DNA from: Candidatus Odinarchaeota archaeon
Lineage (GTDB): Archaea > Asgardarchaeota > Odinarchaeia > Odinarchaeales > Odinarchaeaceae
Reading direction: 5' to 3'
Assembly (NCBI GenBank): GCA_038826135.1
Contig: JAWBON010000044.1
Span: 1-9,630, forward strand
DNA length: 9,630 nucleotides
Shown: positions 1-6,750 of the stretch, one piece after another
Layout of the letters: every line of letters starts with the position of its first letter
How positions within the stretch are numbered: position 1 is the first letter of the stretch
Program-made: the position numbers and the translations under genes
The notes under the pieces: model-generated
What the model was told of the DNA's origin: nothing
The model's input: the letters and a program-made list of their open reading frames with translations, nothing else
The model's database searches: none

Positions 1-210
1 TTTTCTGCCCTGAGGGACCATCTCATCCTGGTTGGAGTTGCAATCGGGATTGCTGTGCTGATCGACCGCTCGGAAACGCCGCTCTCTTTCCCCTATCCTA
101 TTGTTTCTGTTTGGCGTCTACCGACCGAGACCTACGCTCCGGAGGAATGCCCGCTCTGTCGAGCGGGGCAACCCCTAACGGTGCGTGGCAGCCGGCACTT
201 GGAAAGATAA
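1..210 (+). CDS. pyrE: Orotate phosphoribosyltransferase, C-terminal part only (Thermus/Firmicutes-type with CPLC tail); 5'-truncated by window edge
   Basis: Frame +1 is open from base 1 to TAA at 208-210: FSALRDHLILVGVAIGIAVLIDRSETPLSFPYPIVSVWRLPTETYAPEECPLCRAGQPLTVRGSRHLER*. The motifs (V/L)-L-I-D-R-S, Y-x-P-E-E-C-P-L-C and terminal G-S-R are characteristic of the C-terminus of this PyrE subtype. Not in the ORF track because it lacks a start codon. Confidence 0.8.
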   Translation, partial: FSALRDHLILVGVAIGIAVLIDRSETPLSFPYPIVSVWRLPTETYAPEECPLCRAGQPLTVRGSRHLER

Positions 211-223
211 GGGTGAGGAGCGG

Positions 224-361
224 ATGGCAAAGCTCGATGAATTGCCACGCAAAGGCGTGTTGAAAGGCGGCTTCAGAGTGAAAGATTTGGGGGTTTGCTA
301 TTATAGGGGTGGTGTTTATTGCAGTTTTTCCCTGGAACCAGGGAGGCTTGGTTTACCATAA
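224..361 (+). other. Possible 5' start of a GC-rich-genome gene broken at a compositional junction (45-codon ORF, probably not a real protein)
   Basis: GAGGAG RBS at 215-220, ATG at 224, 13 nt after the pyrE stop. Reads MAKLDELPRKGVLKGGFRVKDLGVCYYRGGVYCSFSLEPGRLGLP* and overlaps the RBS and start of the 319 gene out of frame. No recognisable motif. Confidence 0.3.
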
Positions 362-1281
362 TTAAAGAAAAAGTTCTCGAGTTAGCTGAGAAGATTGAAA
401 AAGAGGATTTTTATTTACCAGACTCTTTAAAGGATGTCTACAAGAAAAAGATAGTATATGTTTTAGAGTTTATATTAGAGATAATTAGAGTGAATAGAAG
501 CGCTGTTTTAGAAGATATATTGTATTCTCCGAAGGCGCGTGGAATTTATAAAATCAGTGATCAAGCGGAATTAGAGCGTATTCTACAATATGTGGAGGGT
601 GTGATCCAGGCGCCCAGAGAGGACTTCAGATTATTTGAGGATATTCCAACGCCTATTTACGGCCCTCTTAAAATAGAGTATTTTTCACCTTTAAGCCCCG
701 CGGATAAGATAATTAAATTAAACGAGAAGAAGACTATTCGCTTCATAGATCCGTTGATGTATAGGCTTAACTTCTTGGACTGTAAAGCTGATAAAGTTTT
801 AGTGACTGGTTTCGATTTTGAAGAGCTGGTGGAAAAAAATGTTGCGGAGAAGCTTAATTGTTTACTTATAGGATTAGGTAACCCTATTGCTAGGTCTACT
901 AGGCATCTTTTAAGAAGATTGAACCTGGAGCTTAATTTACCTGTTTATATTTTAACTGATGCTACACCTGCAGGATTATTACAGTCTGTAAGTCTTATCA
1001 GAGGCCCATCGGATCCCGCGCCCCAATTCCTGCAAAAATTTATAGTCAGCCATGCTCTGTGGGTGGGTGTTTCCATAGGAGATTTACAGGAAAAGTTTAA
1101 GACTCTCCCCCTCAGCGCTGAAGATGTGAAAATCTTGGAACATATTAGAGAAAGCGCTTTGTCTAAATTACCGCCTTATAAACAGGAATTAGAATTATAT
1201 GACGAAAAAAAGTTTAAATCCGGTTACACAGAGCTTAAAGAGCTAGATATAGTCGGGTATATTTCCGCTAAAATACCATAG
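319..1281 (+). CDS. DNA topoisomerase VI subunit A / Spo11-family paralog with degenerate catalytic motifs
   Basis: TTG start with GGGGTGGTG RBS at 306-314. Colinear motifs match Top6A: VLEFILEII..N.SAVLEDILY (cf. TLRELYY), DQAELERIL...REDFRL, IYGPLKI, ADKVLV (cf. AEFVLVVEK), NCLLI..G.P...STRHLLRRLNLELNLPVYILTDATPAG (cf. TRRFL..L...LPVY..TDGDPWG), WVGV...DL, PLSAEDVKILE, YKQELEL....K, YISAKI. Confidence 0.82.
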   Translation: MQFFPGTREAWFTIIKEKVLELAEKIEKEDFYLPDSLKDVYKKKIVYVLEFILEIIRVNRSAVLEDILYSPKARGIYKISDQAELERILQYVEGVIQAPREDFRLFEDIPTPIYGPLKIEYFSPLSPADKIIKLNEKKTIRFIDPLMYRLNFLDCKADKVLVTGFDFEELVEKNVAEKLNCLLIGLGNPIARSTRHLLRRLNLELNLPVYILTDATPAGLLQSVSLIRGPSDPAPQFLQKFIVSHALWVGVSIGDLQEKFKTLPLSAEDVKILEHIRESALSKLPPYKQELELYDEKKFKSGYTELKELDIVGYISAKIP

Positions 1282-1295
1282 AATAGATTAAGAAT

Positions 1296-1637
1296 TTATA
1301 TAATACACGATTCTTTTTCAATATAGCGGATATATTTAACCTCGTCTCTTTCAAGCAGCTTATAAATCTGTTTTTTATTAGCGTAGACGACAGCAGATAT
1401 GAGCGGTTTACTCCAACTACCTGGCACAGGTTTAACACCCGCTTTCTCTAAAGCTAATAAAAGTTCTTCTAATGAATTCTTACCAACAACTCTAACTCTG
1501 AAACATCTCTCGTCGTCGCTTAAATTAAGTCGCTCTTCGAATTCAGGGGAGATCTTACGAGACCTTTGACTCCTAGAATATTCATCATATATTTTTCTAG
1601 CAGTTTGCGAGTCTTTATCTATAATATTTTTAGGCAT
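1296..1637 (-). CDS. Small hypothetical protein resembling a stand-alone subtilase propeptide / peptidase inhibitor I9 fold
   Basis: ATG with GGTGG RBS. KISPEFEERL...RVRVV...LEELLLALEKAG...LISAVVYANKKQIYKLLERDEVKYIRY follows the alpha/beta pattern of S8 prodomains (KI.P.L...L; v.vIV; ..l.....I..La..p.V.yIe). Confidence 0.5.
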   Translation of the reverse strand: MPKNIIDKDSQTARKIYDEYSRSQRSRKISPEFEERLNLSDDERCFRVRVVGKNSLEELLLALEKAGVKPVPGSWSKPLISAVVYANKKQIYKLLERDEVKYIRYIEKESCII

Positions 1638-1728
1638 TAAACCACCAATATGAGAACTTTAAACATTACTAAATGTATTATTCGAATTTAAACTTTTAAT
1701 AATGTCGTTCTTCAAATTACCCTGGGAT

Positions 1729-2175
1729 TTATCCGGCTTTTCTTTTCTTATCAATGATTTTGATAAGTTTCTCCGCGTACTCGAGCGCTTTGTTAACAAG
1801 CCCTTTATCATTAGAGTATATACCTATATCAAATTGCCTATCATTAGCGGTTTTAGAAAGATACGCGCTAGAGGTGAGCAGCTCATCCTGATCCCTTATA
1901 ATTATTCGACTGTTCACAAGAGGGTCCGTAAACAGTTTACAGCCGATTTTCTCAAAGAATGTTAACGCCTTTTTATGTGAGATATCCTTATCGTCAGGTC
2001 TGGTAATTATATAAATCTCCACGCCTTTCTGTCTAAGCTCGTTTATCTTCTCTAATAAGTGTTCAATACCGCTTAGATTAGGCTGAATTAATACAAGTGT
2101 TTTTTTAGCGGCTATAATCAAATTCATCGCAGTATAGAATAGCTCCGTGTCTGTGATAATACGGTTCTTAGACAT
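1729..2175 (-). CDS. Single-domain phospholipase D-fold (PLDc/Nuc-like) protein with degenerate HKD motif
   Basis: ATG with GAGGT RBS. LIIAAKKTLVLIQP, LRQKGVEIYIITRP and NSRIIIRD...LLTSSAYLS...QFDIGI match the PLD-like layout (LI..A...I.I.sP; RGV.V.Ii; HxKxxxxD...GSxN...N.E.Gv). Confidence 0.7.
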   Translation of the reverse strand: MSKNRIITDTELFYTAMNLIIAAKKTLVLIQPNLSGIEHLLEKINELRQKGVEIYIITRPDDKDISHKKALTFFEKIGCKLFTDPLVNSRIIIRDQDELLTSSAYLSKTANDRQFDIGIYSNDKGLVNKALEYAEKLIKIIDKKRKAG

Positions 2176-2565
2176 TCCACTACCTCTGAATTTTTAAATA
2201 TTTATTCAACCATTACCCCTTTAATCTTACGATTACTTAAATAGGCTCTTATTTTTTTAAGAATAAAAAACTGTTACCATTTATTTTACTTAAATGTTAT
2301 TAAGTTTAGTGCTGGATTAAACATAATAATATTGTAGCTATTCTAACATATTTAGAAACATAGGTTTCAAATTTTTTAAAAAATTTTTAGAACATGGATT
2401 TAAACACTATTATTGTTTGCGACTGAAATATTTTATTGTGCTTTTTAAATTAATGTTTTAAAATAATTTTTATCAAAGATTATTATATAATTAGATAAAT
2501 TTATATTTTTAAACAGTATTCTATTCGATAAAATATAAAATTGTAACATAATAGTGGGAAGTCGT
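2176..2565. promoter_or_regulatory. AT-rich divergent promoter region between the PLD-like gene and the ArsR-type regulator
   Basis: About 390 bp of very AT-rich non-coding DNA. TATA-like TATAAAA at 2534-2540 lies ~26 nt before ATG 2566. Inverted repeat TTCTAA-N5-TTAGAA at 2341-2357. Confidence 0.5.
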
Positions 2566-2841
2566 ATGGTTGAATTAAAGGTTAAAAGAGAGGAGATAGC
2601 GAAGGTCTCTAAGGCGATAGGGTCCACCACGCGGTGGGAGATATTAAAAATTTTGAAAGAGCGTAAAATGGATGTAAGCAGGATAGCTGAAATACTAAAT
2701 CAGACAGAGGCGAATATAAGCGCGCAGATAAAGATATTAGAGAGAGCTGGACTGGTAAAATCAAATTACGAGCCCGGTGAACACGGTGTTAGAAAAGTCT
2801 GTGAGTTGACAATTGATAAAATTATAATAGAAATTGAGTGA
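2566..2841 (+). CDS. ArsR/SmtB-like winged-helix transcriptional regulator (archaeal small HTH family)
   Basis: KAIGSTTRWEILKIL...MDVSRIAEILNQTEANISAQIKILERAGLV is a typical ArsR wHTH, followed by a wing EPGEHGVRKVC. ATG 2566 is preferred over GTG 2554 because of TATA spacing. Confidence 0.88.
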   Translation: MVELKVKREEIAKVSKAIGSTTRWEILKILKERKMDVSRIAEILNQTEANISAQIKILERAGLVKSNYEPGEHGVRKVCELTIDKIIIEIE

Positions 2842-2869
2842 AAACCTCAGAGTTCTAATTTCACCGCAT

Positions 2870-4540
2870 CTATCCAAATGAGATCTGGGGGGGTTCAAGC
2901 GCACGTCGTTTTAGAGCGTGCTTGATAAACTCGTAATATATAGGAGACGGGGAGTTGGGTCTCGATTTAAACTCTGGATGAAATTGAACGCCAACCATCC
3001 AATTTTCGCCGTTAATCTCTATGCTATTTATAGTTGAACCGGTTTCATCATAACTTGAAACGATCAAACCTTTATGCTCAGCTTTCTCCGCGTACTCATT
3101 AATTATATGGAATCGATGTCTAAACCGTTCAACAATAACATCTTTCTTATATGCTTCATAAAGTCTTGTCCCCTTCTTAATGTATATTTTATGACCGCCC
3201 AGTCTCATAGTCCCCCCCTTCTCTGAAAGCTTCTTTTGCTCCGGGAGAAGATCAACAACAGGCTCAGGTGTATTCGGATCAACCTCTGTGGAGTTTGCTT
3301 TAGATAAACTAAGAGCCCGCCTGCAGAATGCTATAAACATAAGCTGAGCGCCGAAGCATATACCTAGAAACGGAATCTTATTATCATATGCGAATTGGGC
3401 TGTTAAAATCATCCCTTCAACGCCTCTAAAACCGAAGCCGGGTGTCAGAAGGATTCCGTCAAATTGATTTAACATATTAATAGACTGCGGCGTCTGTTCA
3501 AACTGAAGGGTGTCAATCCATTTTATATCAACTTTAACACCTAGATGAGCGCCTGCATGCTTCAACGCTTCATTTATACTAATATAGCTGTCAATTATAG
3601 AACAATATTTACCCGGCATGGCGATGTTAACAGTTTTTTTAGTAGACTTGAAGAGTTTAGTAACCTTCTCCCATTGCACTGTGTCAGCTGCTCTTAAAGG
3701 TAAATCCAAAATTCTGCATAAAGCGTCACCTAGACCTTGCGCTTCAAAATTAAGCGGCATCTCATATACTATATCAATGTATGAACTGGCGATTATGCCG
3801 CTCTCAGGAACATTACAGTACATTGCTAATTTAGATCTAACATCATCTGTTAACGGGATGTCGGCTCTGCCTACTATTATATCTGGCTGCAACCCCATAC
3901 CCTGAAGGGTTTTAACACTATGCTGAGCTGGTTTAGTTTTAAGCTGTCCTACTTTACTTAAAAACGGTATGTAAGCAACATGAACTATAGCTGAATTCTT
4001 TTTACCCTCCTCTAAAGATAGTTGACGGATTGCTTCGACAAAAGGCATACCTTCAATATCACCTATAGTACCCCCTATTTCCGCTATAATAATATCCACA
4101 TTGCTTTTTTCCGCCACTAAACGGATTCTTTTCTTTATCTCATCTGTGATGTGTGGAACTATCTGAACAGTCCTACCTAGGAACTCTCCACGTCGTTCTT
4201 TAAGTAAAACTGAGAGAAATATTTGACCGCTGGTGATGTTATTTCTAGGGTGAATATTCTTATCTAAAAATCTCTCATAGGTACCAAAATCCTGGTCAAT
4301 CTCAGATATTCTAAAAACCGTGTTCGGAACAGGGGTGAAATCCCAAACCTCTTCTGTCACGAATACTTCACCATGTTCAACCGGGTTTAAAACACCCGGA
4401 TCAACATTCAAGTAGGGGTCTATTTTGATGATATCTACAGAGTAGCCTCTAAACTGGAATAATTTACCTATCGAAGCGGCGGTTATACCCTTACCTATAC
4501 CAGACATCACTCCCCCTGTTACGAAAACATATTTTACCAT
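2870..4540 (-). CDS. pyrG: CTP synthase (glutamine-hydrolysing)
   Basis: VTGGVMSGIGKG P-loop, KIDPYLNVDPG, HGEVFVT, YERF, EIGGTIGDIE, KTKPAQHSV, GICFG (catalytic Cys), GGTMRLG, RHR, VGVQFHPEFKSRP (His/Glu of the catalytic triad). Confidence 0.98.
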   Translation of the reverse strand: MVKYVFVTGGVMSGIGKGITAASIGKLFQFRGYSVDIIKIDPYLNVDPGVLNPVEHGEVFVTEEVWDFTPVPNTVFRISEIDQDFGTYERFLDKNIHPRNNITSGQIFLSVLLKERRGEFLGRTVQIVPHITDEIKKRIRLVAEKSNVDIIIAEIGGTIGDIEGMPFVEAIRQLSLEEGKKNSAIVHVAYIPFLSKVGQLKTKPAQHSVKTLQGMGLQPDIIVGRADIPLTDDVRSKLAMYCNVPESGIIASSYIDIVYEMPLNFEAQGLGDALCRILDLPLRAADTVQWEKVTKLFKSTKKTVNIAMPGKYCSIIDSYISINEALKHAGAHLGVKVDIKWIDTLQFEQTPQSINMLNQFDGILLTPGFGFRGVEGMILTAQFAYDNKIPFLGICFGAQLMFIAFCRRALSLSKANSTEVDPNTPEPVVDLLPEQKKLSEKGGTMRLGGHKIYIKKGTRLYEAYKKDVIVERFRHRFHIINEYAEKAEHKGLIVSSYDETGSTINSIEINGENWMVGVQFHPEFKSRPNSPSPIYYEFIKHALKRRALEPPQISFG

Positions 4541-4571
4541 TTATACATCAACCCGGTTACAAACAAGAATA

Positions 4572-5012
4572 TTAATTAATTTTAAGTTTGGTGCTTAAAA
4601 TTTTTTGCATTAATTTTCGTGTAGAAGATGTTAGTTCGTACTTATATACATCGTTAAAATCAACCCAAGCAATAGCCTCCACATCACTTGAAGGTTTAGC
4701 TGCACCCTCCACATTATTTGCGAAGAAATCTATGATTACATAATGGAATCTAATTTTCCCCTTACTATCCTGCTCGATATAGTCAAATACAGCTGCAACA
4801 TCACCGATGGTTATTTTAAGATTTGTTTCCTCCATAACCTCTCTAACCGCGGCTGATGTTAAACTTTCACCTAAACCAACTAATCCGCCTGGAATAGCCC
4901 ACTTCCCTTTACCAGGCTCATTACCTCTTTTAACAATGAGAATACACCCCTCTCTTATTATAACCACGCCAACCCCTACAATAGGTTGAGACGGGTATTC
5001 CCTATTCACCAT
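4572..5012 (-). CDS. Nudix hydrolase (ADP-ribose pyrophosphatase-like)
   Basis: Nudix box GGLVGLGESLTSAAVREVMEETNL (G-x5-E-x7-RE-x2-EE), preceded by P.VGVGVVI..LIVKRG.EP.KGKWAIPGG and followed by FHYVIIDF. Lies 31 bp upstream of pyrG on the same strand, so likely co-transcribed. Confidence 0.93.
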   Translation of the reverse strand: MVNREYPSQPIVGVGVVIIREGCILIVKRGNEPGKGKWAIPGGLVGLGESLTSAAVREVMEETNLKITIGDVAAVFDYIEQDSKGKIRFHYVIIDFFANNVEGAAKPSSDVEAIAWVDFNDVYKYELTSSTRKLMQKILSTKLKIN

Positions 5013-5153
5013 TTAACATCAGCCACCGTTTTGAAAATGAATTAACTCATTAATAAAATATTAGTAAAATTAACGTAAAACCCTAAAAACTTTAATATAG
5101 TAGGAGTAAACCCTATAAAAAAATAATAATCCTTCCTTTATGTTTGTTTAACG

Positions 5154-5540
5154 GTGTTGAATTTGCCTGACATTAAAGTTAATCTAGATAATATAGCCAT
5201 GCGTATTAAAGAAATTTTAAATAATACGATAGATGGAAATAGCTTTTTACCAACTTTATGGAAGATAAGGTCGGAAGTAGAGTATTTAACAGGTATTCTA
5301 AGCCTTGACCTGGAAGGAAACGTTGAATTCGAGAAAATAACAAGACCTCTCAGATTAAAGAAAGAGGAGAAGAATAAAAATAATATCATTAACCAGATAA
5401 ACAAAGTTGTGCTAGAATTATCCAATAATAAGAGCGCGGATAACCTGCATGTTTTTGAAAAATTATGGAAATTAAGGGAGTTTACAACCATACTTCTAAG
5501 ACTTATGGAGCCTCCTATTAAAAAAGATAAGGCTAATTAA
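5154..5540 (+). CDS. Hypothetical all-helical protein with a duplicated LWKxR motif
   Basis: 128-codon ORF filling the gap between Nudix and purA, with amphipathic helical composition. LWKIR (res. 35-39) and LWKLR (res. 104-108). Start uncertain (GTG 5154, TTG 5157 or ATG 5199). Confidence 0.7.
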   Translation: MLNLPDIKVNLDNIAMRIKEILNNTIDGNSFLPTLWKIRSEVEYLTGILSLDLEGNVEFEKITRPLRLKKEEKNKNNIINQINKVVLELSNNKSADNLHVFEKLWKLREFTTILLRLMEPPIKKDKAN

Positions 5541-5553
5541 TTTTAATACGCCT

Positions 5554-6570
5554 CTAAAGCTTTTCACTTCTAAGATCGATTATTTCCTCCGCTGAAGGGC
5601 CCACTCCTAAAAGTGTAACTGGCGCTTTCACATAATCCTCCACTCTCTCCACAAATTCCCTAGCATCCTGAGGTAAATCCTCGTATGATCTTGCTCCTTT
5701 AGCCCTCGGGAAAACAACGTCAAGTTTAGTAAGTGCTACCTGAGTCGCACCGTTTAACATCACAGCTCTTTTAGCCAATTCAAAGTTAAATGGGGAAGAC
5801 CGTCTCCGACGACCTGTCACCGTGCCGACCTCCAACCAGCCTCTTTTTTTAGCCTCCTCTTCACTTAACTCGTTCGGTAAAGGCCCTCCTCCTACTCTTG
5901 TAGTATATGATTTAAACACCACGTACACATCGTCGACCTTCGTTGGGCCGATACCTACATCCGAGCATGCAGCAGCTGCGCACACATCCTTACTTGTACA
6001 ATAAGGCCATGAATAAAAATGATATAGGGATATGAACGTCCCCTGGGTCCCCTCAATCAAAACATTTTCCCCTCTATCTAGAGCTTCATTAACCTCTAAG
6101 GGAACATCGGTAATAAACCGGGCTAACTCAGGTATTTCCTGAGCTAGTTTTGAAACCCGCTTAACGCGATCCACATTAGCTGGACCGCAGCCTGTTCCTG
6201 TTGTTCCAACCTTACCGCTTAAATGAGCGTCCTGTTTATCTAGCTCAATGTGCTTAGGCTCTATTATAGCACAGTGAGCGTCGACGCCTAAACGTTCATA
6301 GATTTTTGTGAATTCAAGCTCTGAGAAAAGAACATTCGGGTTAACTAAAACACCCGGTCCGATAAGTATTCTAGCTTTTTCAGCGATAAACCCACTCGGT
6401 AACATTCTAAGCTTGTAAGATACCCCTTTATATTCCACGGTGTGACCTGCATTAGGACCAACCCCCGATCTAGCTACAATAGACGGTTTATCGTTTAAAG
6501 CTAGATAAGAGATTATTTTACCTTTACCTTCATCTCCAAAGTGACCGCCAACAACCACCGAACACCCCAT
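5554..6570 (-). CDS. purA: Adenylosuccinate synthetase, short (~340 aa) archaeal type
   Basis: GGHFGDEGKGK, GPNAGHT, GTTGTGCGPA, EGTQG, TSKD, KSYTTRVGGGP, GTVTGRRRR, LTKLD. ATG 6570 is preferred because GGAGGT (6578-6583), inside the track's longer start, is a well-spaced RBS. Confidence 0.97.
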   Translation of the reverse strand: MGCSVVVGGHFGDEGKGKIISYLALNDKPSIVARSGVGPNAGHTVEYKGVSYKLRMLPSGFIAEKARILIGPGVLVNPNVLFSELEFTKIYERLGVDAHCAIIEPKHIELDKQDAHLSGKVGTTGTGCGPANVDRVKRVSKLAQEIPELARFITDVPLEVNEALDRGENVLIEGTQGTFISLYHFYSWPYCTSKDVCAAAACSDVGIGPTKVDDVYVVFKSYTTRVGGGPLPNELSEEEAKKRGWLEVGTVTGRRRRSSPFNFELAKRAVMLNGATQVALTKLDVVFPRAKGARSYEDLPQDAREFVERVEDYVKAPVTLLGVGPSAEEIIDLRSEKL

Positions 6571-6652
6571 AATTTTAACCTCCATTATTAAATTATCATA
6601 AGGAACGTTATATTTAAGATTAAAATTTAACTATCTTATTAATGATCAGGTT

Positions 6653-6727
6653 AGTAGATTCAGTTGATGAGATTAAGGTTAACTGATATTGATGAAGTTA
6701 AGGCATTTGTTTGAAACTGAGTCTACT
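6653..6727 (+). ncRNA. Box C/D guide sRNA (sRNA-1); D guide predicted to target LSU rRNA at the E. coli A1938 equivalent
   Basis: C box TTGATGA 6664-6670; 12-nt spacer; D' CTGA 6683-6686; C' TTGATGA 6689-6695; D TTGA 6711-6714 (or CTGA 6717-6720). Terminal complementarity AGTAGATTCAGTT (6653-6665) / AACTGAGTCTACT (6715-6727), one G.U pair. Guide AAGGCATTTG (6700-6709) is the exact complement of CAAAUGCCUU in TACK-type 23S rRNA. Confidence 0.85.
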
Positions 6728-6750
6728 CTGAAAATCTTTTACAAATTTTT

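Noticed and set aside
1702-1965. 87-aa ORF on +
   Set aside because: Antisense shadow of the PLD-like gene; no RBS or motif.
2445-2630. 61-aa ORF on -
   Set aside because: Overlaps the ArsR gene antisense and runs into AT-rich promoter DNA; low-complexity I/N/F composition.
2838-2864. GTGAAA/TTTCAC hairpin between the convergent ArsR and pyrG ends
   Set aside because: Only 6 bp with a 15-nt loop, too weak to call a terminator.
3618-3905. 95-aa ORF on +
   Set aside because: Shadow of pyrG.
4807-4989. 60-aa ORF on +
   Set aside because: Shadow of the Nudix gene.
5036-5117. Imperfect palindrome AATGAATTAACTCATT (5036-5051) and repeated AAACCCTA in the Nudix/hypothetical spacer
   Set aside because: Short, AT-rich and expected by chance. 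No C/D boxes or stable fold, so not called as a feature.
5138-5491. 117-aa ORF on -
   Set aside because: Antisense to 5154-5540. Its L/F/S-rich composition is what the reverse of a K/E/N-rich gene produces, and the + strand protein has the repeated motif.
5822-6004. 60-aa ORF on +
   Set aside because: Shadow of purA.
1-6570. Apparent pyrE-pyrG-purA nucleotide biosynthesis supercluster
   Set aside because: pyrE differs sharply in composition and is separated from pyrG by unrelated genes; it probably does not belong to the same locus.
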